A DNA stretch of 64,000 nt from Schmidtea polychroa (GCA_044892525.1 CM097887.1:107114397-107178396), one strand, 5' to 3'. Counted from the first letter of the stretch, positions 7,766-22,065 are shown. Numbers and translations: made by a program. Notes: a model not told the origin generated them from the sequence alone.

Positions 7766-8233
7766 GTGCTCAACCATGCTTATCTAAGTAGAAGATGGAC
7801 AATCAAACCAGATACCGTGACAAAGGCGAACATTTCGTATTTGGAATTTACGGAGAGAACCGGTTGGTATACAATATATCAAGAAATAGTAAATCTAATA
7901 CCTCCCACAAAAGGAGAACTAACTGGCAAAGAAGGAAAGGCTAGATTAGTGAGTATTCCTGGTTGTAAAGGAATAAAGGCTTTGGATTGGTTTAGTATCA
8001 GAAAGGTAGCGAGTGTAAACCAGCCCCGCATAAATAAATTAATTAATAATTGTAGAGTTCAAAATACGTTAAACGGGACAACGAGAGATAAAACCTCAAC
8101 TTGGTTATTCTTAATCATGATAGGGGGAGTAATTTGCATGATTTTAATTTTGATATTAACCACCCTATGGATGCTTAGATTAAATATGCGGGATATTCGT
8201 TATTGGGAAATTATTTACGAAACCGAGGTATAG
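7766..8233 (+). CDS. ORF3 TM ORF copy (T/D allele)
   Basis: Copy of 2034..2501 with I>T, N>D. Confidence 0.45.
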   Translation: MLNHAYLSRRWTIKPDTVTKANISYLEFTERTGWYTIYQEIVNLIPPTKGELTGKEGKARLVSIPGCKGIKALDWFSIRKVASVNQPRINKLINNCRVQNTLNGTTRDKTSTWLFLIMIGGVICMILILILTTLWMLRLNMRDIRYWEIIYETEV

Positions 8234-8432
8234 GGGGAAAGTCTCACCATATACTAGGAAGTGTAAATATATATTTTATCTATTTTATATGTTATTTATA
8301 TTAGTATGTAAACTAATGTGGGCTCAAATGAGCATCGGTAAAATCAGACATCAGCGTATGTCGACTTTGGTTACCCTGCGAGGGTCTATCACGAAAGTGA
8401 TAAAAGCTGTTAATTATTTTATTTTTAGAAAA

Positions 8433-9967
8433 ATGAATTATAACAGAGAACCAAAACCACCAGTCAAAGCAAATCGACGACACCCATTGGCAACGTACAA
8501 TTCCCAGACTCGAGTTGAAACTGAAGTATATAGTACATACAAAGAAGAGTACGTATACAGGTTCATCGGAACTACGGTCGCAGCAAAAATGAATCACCTC
8601 ACCTCAAACTATTGGTATTATCCCAGGAGAGTGGATATTCCAAACGATTTCAAATTCGCAGGAGGGCCTCGAAAGCAAATGATGATAACGGTTATAAATA
8701 ACCAAGGTAGATTAAAATTGGCGGAACTATGTAGAGATTATGGTTCATGTCCGAAATTGGAAAGCATTTGGATCCATGCGATCAATAGGCCATTCACTGT
8801 GTTTATGGCGGGATTAGAGTTACCTGTTGAATTAGAAAAACAGTGTACTCTGGAGATATACCACGCTGATGGACGAGAACGGAATATTATGATCCAGGCA
8901 GCAGCAGTTGATACCATAATCGCAGTAGAAATCTTGGATTTCAGGAAGCCATACTCTATAGTTAGCAAAAACGAGCCAACTTGGATTTACAATGTAAATA
9001 AAGTTGATATACAGCAGTGTAAATCATTTGTGAGGAAGAAGTTAACCAAAGCCGAGGAGGACGAGGCTACAATTTTCATATCGGCAGGTTTTGCCAAATC
9101 CCGAATCGAACTGAAGGAGACAATTATCCAAATCGCAATTATGGATATGAGGGGAAATAATTTATTGAGTGCGGTAGTGACTCCCAGAGACCCTGTAAAA
9201 CACTACCAAACGCACCAATACAAGTTAAAGGAACCTGATATTAGAGGAAACCTCGACGAAGATGATTGTTATCCTCTGATAAGATCTGCGATAAGAAAAT
9301 ACTTGTAGGTATTTTGCTTAAAGATCTGATCTCGGTAGCCAATCTACCAGTGCAGCGGATACTGAGTATTCGTGACCTTTCTGCAAATAAACTATTGGAA
9401 ACCAGAGGAGTCCCAATGATTCATGGTCATTACAGATTGGGATTCCCGACGAAAACTTTCCTGCGTACAGTTCCCGGAGAACCAAGGAATTTAGTGGTCA
9501 CCAATGAGGCACTGGCGATACGTGCGGTTTATTTACATTTCAGAAACGAATGGTTAGACCATATCACGAAACCCCAGGAGGAATTCATTTCCGTAACTAC
9601 AGCAGCGATAGTTGAGCAGGAAATGACGCAAAAGAGGAGATTACCCGAGCAACCATCTACATCAGGGCAACCCAAGCCTAAGAGAAAATCACCTGTGGAC
9701 TTACCACCGCCTCCAGCTATATCTATTGGAGAAGAAGATGAATATGAAACATGCGTTAGCGAAACGGAGACAGCAAAATCACCCAAACAATCATCGGGAG
9801 CTGCCTATCAGCCAAAGGATAAATCGGAAAATGCGGTCAGAAAAGAAAATCCAGAAGGAGGCAAGGTGAAAAAGATGTTAAAGAAAATATTACCCATAAA
9901 AAAACAATTTTTTCAAATTTGTCAGACTTCCCGCCAACGGAAATTCTTCAACGATGTCTTATTTTAA
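8433..9967 (+). CDS. Unit 4 exonuclease-like split gene (type A)
   Basis: Copy of 2701..4235. Confidence 0.72.
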
Positions 9968-10357
9968 AGCTCATTGCAATACCTTTCGAATGTGGTATAG
10001 AAATCCATATTATCAATATTATTGGTAAAGGTATTATTATTTTTTCAAAATATTATTTTTTCAAGGTCATTTATATTTTCAAGGTCAATCATATTTTCAA
10101 GGTCATATTTTAAAATTTAAATTTTTAGAGTTCCCACCAATGGAATTTATTGGCCGATGGCTAATTTTGAAGCCCACTGCAATACCTTTCGAATGACGTA
10201 TAGATATTCATATTATCATTATTATTAATAAAGATATTATTTTTTCAAAATATTATTTTTCAAGGTCGTTTATTTTTTCAAGGTTCAAAATCTGTTCAAA
10301 GCTACTGTTTTAGTCAATACGAACCAGATGAAATAATCGGTTCCATCGCCAAAAGTG

Positions 10358-10605
10358 ATGCTCATCCTATTTGAATATATGCCTGAAAGATTGAAAGATT
10401 CAAGTTGAAAGACCTGAAATTAGAAGACAATCACAAGAAAATATTATCCGGACAATTGATGTCCGGACTGCAATACTTGCATAATTTGAATATCGCCCAC
10501 TGCAATATCAATCCAAAAGACATTTTCGATGATATGGCAGAATTAAGATTAAAGATTTCAAACTTTGGAGGACGAATAATAAAATTGCGCTTATCGTCAT
10601 ATTAG
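10358..10605 (+). pseudogene. Kinase fragment copy
   Basis: Copy of 1760..2007. Confidence 0.8.
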
Positions 10606-10631
10606 AAAATGACCAGCGAGTCGAGAGATTA

Positions 10632-11099
10632 GTGCTCAACCATGCTTATCTAAGTAGAAGATGGACAATCAAACCAGATACCGTGACAAAGGCGAACATT
10701 TCGTATTTGGAATTTACGGAGAGAACCGGTTGGTATATAATATATCAAGAAATAGTAAATCTAATACCTCCCACAAAAGGAGAACTAACTGGCAAAGAAG
10801 GAAAGGCTAGATTAGTGAGTATTCCTGGTTGTAAAGGAATAAAGGCTTTGAATTGGTTTAGTATCAGAAAGGTAGCGAGTGTAAACCAGCCCCGCATAAA
10901 TAAATTAATTAATAATTGTAGAGTTCAAAATACGTTAAACGGGACAACGAGAGATAAAACCTCAACTTGGTTATTCTTAATCATGATAGGGGGAGTAATT
11001 TGCATGATTTTAATTTTGATATTAACCACCCTATGGATGCTTAGATTAAATATGCGGGATATTCGTTATTGGGAAATTATTTACGAAACCGAGGTATAG
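10632..11099 (+). CDS. ORF3 TM ORF copy (I/N allele)
   Basis: Copy of 2034..2501. Confidence 0.45.
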   Translation: MLNHAYLSRRWTIKPDTVTKANISYLEFTERTGWYIIYQEIVNLIPPTKGELTGKEGKARLVSIPGCKGIKALNWFSIRKVASVNQPRINKLINNCRVQNTLNGTTRDKTSTWLFLIMIGGVICMILILILTTLWMLRLNMRDIRYWEIIYETEV

Positions 11100-11298
11100 G
11101 GGGAAAGTCTCACCATATACTAGGAAGTGTAAATATATATTTTATCTATTTTATATGTTATTTATATTAGTATGTAAACTAATGTGGGCTCAAATGAGCA
11201 TCGGTAAAATCAGACATCAGCGTATGTCGACTTTGGTTACCCTGCGAGGGTCTATCACGAAAGTGATAAAAGCTGTTAATTATTTTATTTTTAGAAAA

Positions 11299-12833
11299 AT
11301 GAATTATAACAGAGAACCAAAACCACCAGTCAAAGCAAATCGACGACACCCATTGGCAACGTACAATTCCCAGACTCGAGTTGAAACTGAAGTATATAGT
11401 ACATACAAAGAAGAGTACGTATACAGGTTCATCGGAACTACGGTCGCAGCAAAAATGAATCACCTCACCTCAAACTATTGGTATTATCCCAGGAGAGTGG
11501 ATATTCCAAACGATTTCAAATTCGCAGGAGGGCCTCGAAAGCAAATGATGATAACGGTTATAAATAACCAAGGTAGATTAAAATTGGCGGAACTATGTAG
11601 AGATTATGGTTCATGTCCGAAATTGGAAAGCATTTGGATCCATGCGATCAATAGGCCATTCACTGTGTTTATGGCGGGATTAGAGTTACCTGTTGAATTA
11701 GAAAAACAGTGTACTCTGGAGATATACCACGCTGATGGACGAGAACGGAATATTATGATCCAGGCAGCAGCAGTTGATACCATAATCGCAGTAGAAATCT
11801 TGGATTTCAGGAAGCCATACTCTATAGTTAGCAAAAACGAGCCAACTTGGATTTACAATGTAAATAAAGTTGATATACAGCAGTGTAAATCATTTGTGAG
11901 GAAGAAGTTAACCAAAGCCGAGGAGGACGAGGCTACAATTTTCATATCGGCAGGTTTTGCCAAATCCCGAATCGAACTGAAGGAGACAATTATCCAAATC
12001 GCAATTATGGATATGAGGGGAAATAATTTATTGAGTGCGGTAGTGACTCCCAGAGACCCTGTAAAACACTACCAAACGCACCAATACAAGTTAAAGGAAC
12101 CTGATATTAGAGGAAACCTCGACGAAGATGATTGTTATCCTCTGATAAGATCTGCGATAAGAAAATACTTGTAGGTATTTTGCTTAAAGATCTGATCTCG
12201 GTAGCCAATCTACCAGTGCAGCGGATACTGAGTATTCGTGACCTTTCTGCAAATAAACTATTGGAAACCAGAGGAGTCCCAATGATTCATGGTCATTACA
12301 GATTGGGATTCCCGACGAAAACTTTCCTGCGTACAGTTCCCGGAGAACCAAGGAATTTAGTGGTCACCAATGAGGCACTGGCGATACGTGCGGTTTATTT
12401 ACATTTCAGAAACGAATGGTTAGACCATATCACGAAACCCCAGGAGGAATTCATTTCCGTAACTACAGCAGCGATAGTTGAGCAGGAAATGACGCAAAAG
12501 AGGAGATTACCCGAGCAACCATCTACATCAGGGCAACCCAAGCCTAAGAGAAAATCACCTGTGGACTTACCACCGCCTCCAGCTATATCTATTGGAGAAG
12601 AAGATGAATATGAAACATGCGTTAGCGAAACGGAGACAGCAAAATCACCCAAACAATCATCGGGAGCTGCCTATCAGCCAAAGGATAAATCGGAAAATGC
12701 GGTCAGAAAAGAAAATCCAGAAGGAGGCAAGGTGAAAAAGATGTTAAAGAAAATATTACCCATAAAAAGACAATTTTTTCAAATTTGTCAGACTTCCCGC
12801 CAACGGAAATTCTTCAACGATGTCTTATTTTAA
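11299..12833 (+). CDS. Unit 5 exonuclease-like split gene (type A)
   Basis: Copy of 2701..4235. Confidence 0.72.
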
Positions 12834-13223
12834 AGCTCATTGCAATACCTTTCGAATGTGGTATAGAAATCCATATTATCAATATTATTGGTAAAGGTAT
12901 TATTATTTTTTCAAAATATTATTTTTTCAAGGTCATTTATATTTTCAAGGTCAATCATATTTTCAAGGTCATATTTTAAAATTTAAATTTTTAGAGTTCC
13001 CACCAATGGAATTTATTGGCCGATGGCTAATTTTGAAGCCCACTGCAATACCTTTCGAATGACGTATAGATATTCATATTATCATTATTATTAATAAAGA
13101 TATTATTTTTTCAAAATATTATTTTTCAAGGTCGTTTATTTTTTCAAGGTTCAAAATCTGTTCAAAGCTACTGTTTTAGTCAATACGAACCAGATGAAAT
13201 AATCGGTTCCATCGCCAAAAGTG

Positions 13224-13471
13224 ATGCTCATCCTATTTGAATATATGCCTGAAAGATTGAAAGATTCAAGTTGAAAGACCTGAAATTAGAAGACAATCAC
13301 AAGAAAATATTATCCGGACAATTGATGTCCGGACTGCAATACTTGCATAATTTGAATATCGCCCACTGCAATATCAATCCAAAAGACATTTTCGATGATA
13401 TGGCAGAATTAAGATTAAAGATTTCAAACTTTGGAGGACGAATAATAAAATTGCGCTTATCGTCATATTAG
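13224..13471 (+). pseudogene. Kinase fragment copy
   Basis: Copy of 1760..2007. Confidence 0.8.
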
Positions 13472-13497
13472 AAAATGACCAGCGAGTCGAGAGATTA

Positions 13498-13965
13498 GTG
13501 CTCAACCATGCTTATCTAAGTAGAAGATGGACAATCAAACCAGATACCGTGACAAAGGCGAACATTTCGTATTTGGAATTTACGGAGAGAACCGGTTGGT
13601 ATATAATATATCAAGAAATAGTAAATCTAATACCTCCCACAAAAGGAGAACTAACTGGCAAAGAAGGAAAGGCTAGATTAGTGAGTATTCCTGGTTGTAA
13701 AGGAATAAAGGCTTTGAATTGGTTTAGTATCAGAAAGGTAGCGAGTGTAAACCAGCCCCGCATAAATAAATTAATTAATAATTGTAGAGTTCAAAATACG
13801 TTAAACGGGACAACGAGAGATAAAACCTCAACTTGGTTATTCTTAATCATGATAGGGGGAGTAATTTGCATGATTTTAATTTTGATATTAACCACCCTAT
13901 GGATGCTTAGATTAAATATGCGGGATATTCGTTATTGGGAAATTATTTACGAAACCGAGGTATAG
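13498..13965 (+). CDS. ORF3 TM ORF copy (I/N allele)
   Basis: Copy of 2034..2501. Confidence 0.45.
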   Translation: MLNHAYLSRRWTIKPDTVTKANISYLEFTERTGWYIIYQEIVNLIPPTKGELTGKEGKARLVSIPGCKGIKALNWFSIRKVASVNQPRINKLINNCRVQNTLNGTTRDKTSTWLFLIMIGGVICMILILILTTLWMLRLNMRDIRYWEIIYETEV

Positions 13966-14162
13966 GGGGAAAGTCTCACCATATACTAGGAAGTGTAAAT
14001 ATATATTTTATCTATTTTATGTTATTTATATTAGTATGTAAACTAATGTGGGCTCAAATGAGCATCGGTAAAATCAGACATCAGCGTATGTCGACTTTGG
14101 TTACCCTGCGAGGGTCTATCACGAAAGTGATAAAAGCTGTTAATTATTTTATTTTTAGAAAA

Positions 14163-15697
14163 ATGAATTATAACAGAGAACCAAAACCACCAGTCAAAGC
14201 AAATCGACGACACCCATTGGCAACGTACAATTCCCAGACTCGAGTTGAAACTGAAGTATATAGTACATACAAAGAAGAGTACGTATACAGGTTCATCGGA
14301 ACTACGGTCGCAGCAAAAATGAATCACCTCACCTCAAACTATTGGTATTATCCCAGGAGAGTGGATATTCCAAACGATTTCAAATTCGCAGGAGGGCCTC
14401 GAAAGCAAATGATGATAACGGTTATAAATAACCAAGGTAGATTAAAATTGGCGGAACTATGTAGAGATTATGGTTCATGTCCGAAATTGGAAAGCATTTG
14501 GATCCATGCGATCAATAGGCCATTCACTGTGTTTATGGCGGGATTAGAGTTACCTGTTGAATTAGAAAAACAGTGTACTCTGGAGATATACCACGCTGAT
14601 GGACGAGAACGGAATATTATGATCCAGGCAGCAGCAGTTGATACCATAATCGCAGTAGAAATCTTGGATTTCAGGAAGCCATACTCTATAGTTAGCAAAA
14701 ACGAGCCAACTTGGATTTACAATGTAAATAAAGTTGATATACAGCAGTGTAAATCATTTGTGAGGAAGAAGTTAACCAAAGCCGAGGAGGACGAGACTAC
14801 AATTTTCATATCGGCAGGTTTTGCCAAATCCCGAATCGAACTGAAGGAGACAATTATCCAAATCGCAATTATGGATATGAGGGGAAATAATTTATTGAGT
14901 GCGGTAGTGACTCCCAGAGACCCTGTAAAACACTACCAAACGCACCAATACAAGTTAAAGGAACCTGATATTAGAGGAAACCTCGACGAAGATGATTGTT
15001 ATCCTCTGATAAGATCTGCGATAAGAAAATACTTGTAGGTATTTTGCTTAAAGATCTGATCTCGGTAGCCAATCTACCAGTGCAGCGGATACTGAGTATT
15101 CGTGACCTTTCTGCAAATAAACTATTGGAAACCAGAGGAGTCCCAATGATTCATGGTCATTACAGATTGGGATTCATGACGAAAACTTTCCTGCGTACAG
15201 TTCCCGGAGAACCAAGGAATTTAGTGGTCACCAATGAGGCACTGGCGATACGTGCGGTTTATTTACATTTCAGAAACGAATGGTTAGACCATATCACGAA
15301 ACCCCAGGAGGAATTCATTTCCGTAACTACAGCAGCGATAGTTGAGCAGGAAATGACGCAAAAGAGGAGATTACCCGAGCAACCATCTACATCAGGGCAA
15401 CCCAAGCCTAAGAGAAAATCACCTGTGGACTTACCACCGCCTCCAGCTATATCTATTGGAGAAGAAGATGAATATGAAACATGCGTTAGCGAAACGGAGA
15501 CAGCAAAATCACCCAAACAATCATCGGGAGCTGCCTATCAGCCAAAGAATAAATCGGAAAATGCGGTCAGAAAAGAAAATCCAGAAGGAGGCAAGGTGAA
15601 AAAGATGTTAAAGAAAATATTACCCATAAAAAGACAATTTTTTCAAATTTATCAGACTTCCCGCCAACGGAAATTCTTCAACGATGTCTTATTTTAA
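14163..15697 (+). CDS. Unit 6 exonuclease-like split gene (type B)
   Basis: Copy of 2701..4235 with A>T, P>M, D>N, C>Y; upstream 2-nt deletion. Confidence 0.72.
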
Positions 15698-16087
15698 AGC
15701 TCATTGCAATACCTTTCGAATGTGGTATAGAAATCCATATTATCAATATTATTGGTAAAGGTATTATTATTTTTTCAAAATATTATTTTTTCAAGGTCAT
15801 TTATATTTTCAAGGTCAATCATATTTTCAAGGTCATATTTTAAAATTTAAATTTTTAGAGTTCCCACCAATGGAATTTATTGGCCGATGGCTAATTTTGA
15901 AGCCCACTGCAATACCTTTCGAATGACGTATAGATATTCATATTATCATTATTATTAATAAAGATATTATTTTTTCAAAATATTATTTTTCAAGGTCGTT
16001 TATTTTTTCAAGGTTCAAAATCTGTTCAAAGCTACTGTTTTAGTCAATACGAACCAGATGAAATAATCGGTTCCATCGCCAAAAGTG

Positions 16088-16335
16088 ATGCTCATCCTAT
16101 TTGAATATATGCCTGAAAGATTGAAAGATTCAAGTTGAAAGACCTGAAATTAGAAGACAATCACAAGAAAATATTATCCGGACAATTGATGTCCGGACTG
16201 CAATACTTGCATAATTTGAATATCGCCCACTGCAATATCAATCCAAAAGACATTTTCGATGATATGGCAGAATTAAGATTAAAGATTTCAAACTTTGGAG
16301 GACGAATAATAAAATTGCGCTTATCGTCATATTAG
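16088..16335 (+). pseudogene. Kinase fragment copy
   Basis: Copy of 1760..2007. Confidence 0.8.
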
Positions 16336-16361
16336 AAAATGACCAGCGAGTCGAGAGATTA

Positions 16362-16829
16362 GTGCTCAACCATGCTTATCTAAGTAGAAGATGGACAATC
16401 AAACCAGATACCGTGACAAAGGCGAACATTTCGTATTTGGAATTTACGGAGAGAACCGGTTGGTATATAATATATCAAGAAATAGTAAATCTAATACCTC
16501 CCACAAAAGGAGAACTAACTGGCAAAGAAGGAAAGGCTAGATTAGTGAGTATTCCTGGTTGTAAAGGAATAAAGGCTTTGAATTGGTTTAGTATCAGAAA
16601 GGTAGCGAGTGTAAACCAGCCCCGCATAAATAAATTAATTAATAATTGTAGAGTTCAAAATACGTTAAACGGGACAACGAGAGATAAAACCTCAACTTGG
16701 TTATTCTTAATCATGATAGGGGGAGTAATTTGCATGATTTTAATTTTGATATTAACCACCCTATGGATGCTTAGATTAAATATGCGGGATATTCGTTATT
16801 GGGAAATTATTTACGAAACCGAGGTATAG
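16362..16829 (+). CDS. ORF3 TM ORF copy (I/N allele)
   Basis: Copy of 2034..2501. Confidence 0.45.
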   Translation: MLNHAYLSRRWTIKPDTVTKANISYLEFTERTGWYIIYQEIVNLIPPTKGELTGKEGKARLVSIPGCKGIKALNWFSIRKVASVNQPRINKLINNCRVQNTLNGTTRDKTSTWLFLIMIGGVICMILILILTTLWMLRLNMRDIRYWEIIYETEV

Positions 16830-17026
16830 GGGGAAAGTCTCACCATATACTAGGAAGTGTAAATATATATTTTATCTATTTTATGTTATTTATATTAGTA
16901 TGTAAACTAATGTGGGCTCAAATGAGCATCGGTAAAATCAGACATCAGCGTATGTCGACTTTGGTTACCCTGCGAGGGTCTATCACGAAAGTGATAAAAG
17001 CTGTTAATTATTTTATTTTTAGAAAA

Positions 17027-18561
17027 ATGAATTATAACAGAGAACCAAAACCACCAGTCAAAGCAAATCGACGACACCCATTGGCAACGTACAATTCCCA
17101 GACTCGAGTTGAAACTGAAGTATATAGTACATACAAAGAAGAGTACGTATACAGGTTCATCGGAACTACGGTCGCAGCAAAAATGAATCACCTCACCTCA
17201 AACTATTGGTATTATCCCAGGAGAGTGGATATTCCAAACGATTTCAAATTCGCAGGAGGGCCTCGAAAGCAAATGATGATAACGGTTATAAATAACCAAG
17301 GTAGATTAAAATTGGCGGAACTATGTAGAGATTATGGTTCATGTCCGAAATTGGAAAGCATTTGGATCCATGCGATCAATAGGCCATTCACTGTGTTTAT
17401 GGCGGGATTAGAGTTACCTGTTGAATTAGAAAAACAGTGTACTCTGGAGATATACCACGCTGATGGACGAGAACGGAATATTATGATCCAGGCAGCAGCA
17501 GTTGATACCATAATCGCAGTAGAAATCTTGGATTTCAGGAAGCCATACTCTATAGTTAGCAAAAACGAGCCAACTTGGATTTACAATGTAAATAAAGTTG
17601 ATATACAGCAGTGTAAATCATTTGTGAGGAAGAAGTTAACCAAAGCCGAGGAGGACGAGACTACAATTTTCATATCGGCAGGTTTTGCCAAATCCCGAAT
17701 CGAACTGAAGGAGACAATTATCCAAATCGCAATTATGGATATGAGGGGAAATAATTTATTGAGTGCGGTAGTGACTCCCAGAGACCCTGTAAAACACTAC
17801 CAAACGCACCAATACAAGTTAAAGGAACCTGATATTAGAGGAAACCTCGACGAAGATGATTGTTATCCTCTGATAAGATCTGCGATAAGAAAATACTTGT
17901 AGGTATTTTGCTTAAAGATCTGATCTCGGTAGCCAATCTACCAGTGCAGCGGATACTGAGTATTCGTGACCTTTCTGCAAATAAACTATTGGAAACCAGA
18001 GGAGTCCCAATGATTCATGGTCATTACAGATTGGGATTCATGACGAAAACTTTCCTGCGTACAGTTCCCGGAGAACCAAGGAATTTAGTGGTCACCAATG
18101 AGGCACTGGCGATACGTGCGGTTTATTTACATTTCAGAAACGAATGGTTAGACCATATCACGAAACCCCAGGAGGAATTCATTTCCGTAACTACAGCAGC
18201 GATAGTTGAGCAGGAAATGACGCAAAAGAGGAGATTACCCGAGCAACCATCTACATCAGGGCAACCCAAGCCTAAGAGAAAATCACCTGTGGACTTACCA
18301 CCGCCTCCAGCTATATCTATTGGAGAAGAAGATGAATATGAAACATGCGTTAGCGAAACGGAGACAGCAAAATCACCCAAACAATCATCGGGAGCTGCCT
18401 ATCAGCCAAAGAATAAATCGGAAAATGCGGTCAGAAAAGAAAATCCAGAAGGAGGCAAGGTGAAAAAGATGTTAAAGAAAATATTACCCATAAAAAGACA
18501 ATTTTTTCAAATTTATCAGACTTCCCGCCAACGGAAATTCTTCAACGATGTCTTATTTTAA
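17027..18561 (+). CDS. Unit 7 exonuclease-like split gene (type B)
   Basis: Copy of 2701..4235, B markers. Confidence 0.72.
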
Positions 18562-18951
18562 AGCTCATTGCAATACCTTTCGAATGTGGTATAGAAATCC
18601 ATATTATCAATATTATTGGTAAAGGTATTATTATTTTTTCAAAATATTATTTTTTCAAGGTCATTTATATTTTCAAGGTCAATCATATTTTCAAGGTCAT
18701 ATTTTAAAATTTAAATTTTTAGAGTTCCCACCAATGGAATTTATTGGCCGATGGCTAATTTTGAAGCCCACTGCAATACCTTTCGAATGACGTATAGATA
18801 TTCATATTATCATTATTATTAATAAAGATATTATTTTTTCAAAATATTATTTTTCAAGGTCGTTTATTTTTTCAAGGTTCAAAATCTGTTCAAAGCTACT
18901 GTTTTAGTCAATACGAACCAGATGAAATAATCGGTTCCATCGCCAAAAGTG

Positions 18952-19199
18952 ATGCTCATCCTATTTGAATATATGCCTGAAAGATTGAAAGATTCAAGTT
19001 GAAAGACCTGAAATTAGAAGACAATCACAAGAAAATATTATCCGGACAATTGATGTCCGGACTGCAATACTTGCATAATTTGAATATCGCCCACTGCAAT
19101 ATCAATCCAAAAGACATTTTCGATGATATGGCAGAATTAAGATTAAAGATTTCAAACTTTGGAGGACGAATAATAAAATTGCGCTTATCGTCATATTAG
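18952..19199 (+). pseudogene. Kinase fragment copy
   Basis: Copy of 1760..2007. Confidence 0.8.
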
Positions 19200-19225
19200 A
19201 AAATGACCAGCGAGTCGAGAGATTA

Positions 19226-19693
19226 GTGCTCAACCATGCTTATCTAAGTAGAAGATGGACAATCAAACCAGATACCGTGACAAAGGCGAACATTTCGTAT
19301 TTGGAATTTACGGAGAGAACCGGTTGGTATACAATATATCAAGAAATAGTAAATCTAATACCTCCCACAAAAGGAGAACTAACTGGCAAAGAAGGAAAGG
19401 CTAGATTAGTGAGTATTCCTGGTTGTAAAGGAATAAAGGCTTTGGATTGGTTTAGTATCAGAAAGGTAGCGAGTGTAAACCAGCCCCGCATAAATAAATT
19501 AATTAATAATTGTAGAGTTCAAAATACGTTAAACGGGACAACGAGAGATAAAACCTCAACTTGGTTATTCTTAATCATGATAGGGGGAGTAATTTGCATG
19601 ATTTTAATTTTGATATTAACCACCCTATGGATGCTTAGATTAAATATGCGGGATATTCGTTATTGGGAAATTATTTACGAAACCGAGGTATAG
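19226..19693 (+). CDS. ORF3 TM ORF copy (T/D allele)
   Basis: Copy of 2034..2501 with I>T, N>D. Confidence 0.45.
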   Translation: MLNHAYLSRRWTIKPDTVTKANISYLEFTERTGWYTIYQEIVNLIPPTKGELTGKEGKARLVSIPGCKGIKALDWFSIRKVASVNQPRINKLINNCRVQNTLNGTTRDKTSTWLFLIMIGGVICMILILILTTLWMLRLNMRDIRYWEIIYETEV

Positions 19694-19892
19694 GGGGAAA
19701 GTCTCACCATATACTAGGAAGTGTAAATATATATTTTATCTATTTTATATGTTATTTATATTAGTATGTAAACTAATGTGGGCTCAAATGAGCATCGGTA
19801 AAATCAGACATCAGCGTATGTCGACTTTGGTTACCCTGCGAGGGTCTATCACGAAAGTGATAAAAGCTGTTAATTATTTTATTTTTAGAAAA

Positions 19893-21427
19893 ATGAATTA
19901 TAACAGAGAACCAAAACCACCAGTCAAAGCAAATCGACGACACCCATTGGCAACGTACAATTCCCAGACTCGAGTTGAAACTGAAGTATATAGTACATAC
20001 AAAGAAGAGTACGTATACAGGTTCATCGGAACTACGGTCGCAGCAAAAATGAATCACCTCACCTCAAACTATTGGTATTATCCCAGGAGAGTGGATATTC
20101 CAAACGATTTCAAATTCGCAGGAGGGCCTCGAAAGCAAATGATGATAACGGTTATAAATAACCAAGGTAGATTAAAATTGGCGGAACTATGTAGAGATTA
20201 TGGTTCATGTCCGAAATTGGAAAGCATTTGGATCCATGCGATCAATAGGCCATTCACTGTGTTTATGGCGGGATTAGAGTTACCTGTTGAATTAGAAAAA
20301 CAGTGTACTCTGGAGATATACCACGCTGATGGACGAGAACGGAATATTATGATCCAGGCAGCAGCAGTTGATACCATAATCGCAGTAGAAATCTTGGATT
20401 TCAGGAAGCCATACTCTATAGTTAGCAAAAACGAGCCAACTTGGATTTACAATGTAAATAAAGTTGATATACAGCAGTGTAAATCATTTGTGAGGAAGAA
20501 GTTAACCAAAGCCGAGGAGGACGAGGCTACAATTTTCATATCGGCAGGTTTTGCCAAATCCCGAATCGAACTGAAGGAGACAATTATCCAAATCGCAATT
20601 ATGGATATGAGGGGAAATAATTTATTGAGTGCGGTAGTGACTCCCAGAGACCCTGTAAAACACTACCAAACGCACCAATACAAGTTAAAGGAACCTGATA
20701 TTAGAGGAAACCTCGACGAAGATGATTGTTATCCTCTGATAAGATCTGCGATAAGAAAATACTTGTAGGTATTTTGCTTAAAGATCTGATCTCGGTAGCC
20801 AATCTACCAGTGCAGCGGATACTGAGTATTCGTGACCTTTCTGCAAATAAACTATTGGAAACCAGAGGAGTCCCAATGATTCATGGTCATTACAGATTGG
20901 GATTCCCGACGAAAACTTTCCTGCGTACAGTTCCCGGAGAACCAAGGAATTTAGTGGTCACCAATGAGGCACTGGCGATACGTGCGGTTTATTTACATTT
21001 CAGAAACGAATGGTTAGACCATATCACGAAACCCCAGGAGGAATTCATTTCCGTAACTACAGCAGCGATAGTTGAGCAGGAAATGACGCAAAAGAGGAGA
21101 TTACCCGAGCAACCATCTACATCAGGGCAACCCAAGCCTAAGAGAAAATCACCTGTGGACTTACCACCGCCTCCAGCTATATCTATTGGAGAAGAAGATG
21201 AATATGAAACATGCGTTAGCGAAACGGAGACAGCAAAATCACCCAAACAATCATCGGGAGCTGCCTATCAGCCAAAGGATAAATCGGAAAATGCGGTCAG
21301 AAAAGAAAATCCAGAAGGAGGCAAGGTGAAAAAGATGTTAAAGAAAATATTACCCATAAAAAGACAATTTTTTCAAATTTGTCAGACTTCCCGCCAACGG
21401 AAATTCTTCAACGATGTCTTATTTTAA
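19893..21427 (+). CDS. Unit 8 exonuclease-like split gene (type A island within B block)
   Basis: Copy of 2701..4235, A markers. Confidence 0.72.
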
Positions 21428-21817
21428 AGCTCATTGCAATACCTTTCGAATGTGGTATAGAAATCCATATTATCAATATTATTGGTAAAGGTATTATTAT
21501 TTTTTCAAAATATTATTTTTTCAAGGTCATTTATATTTTCAAGGTCAATCATATTTTCAAGGTCATATTTTAAAATTTAAATTTTTAGAGTTCCCACCAA
21601 TGGAATTTATTGGCCGATGGCTAATTTTGAAGCCCACTGCAATACCTTTCGAATGACGTATAGATATTCATATTATCATTATTATTAATAAAGATATTAT
21701 TTTTTCAAAATATTATTTTTCAAGGTCGTTTATTTTTTCAAGGTTCAAAATCTGTTCAAAGCTACTGTTTTAGTCAATACGAACCAGATGAAATAATCGG
21801 TTCCATCGCCAAAAGTG

Positions 21818-22065
21818 ATGCTCATCCTATTTGAATATATGCCTGAAAGATTGAAAGATTCAAGTTGAAAGACCTGAAATTAGAAGACAATCACAAGAAA
21901 ATATTATCCGGACAATTGATGTCCGGACTGCAATACTTGCATAATTTGAATATCGCCCACTGCAATATCAATCCAAAAGACATTTTCGATGATATGGCAG
22001 AATTAAGATTAAAGATTTCAAACTTTGGAGGACGAATAATAAAATTGCGCTTATCGTCATATTAG
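21818..22065 (+). pseudogene. Kinase fragment copy
   Basis: Copy of 1760..2007. Confidence 0.8.
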
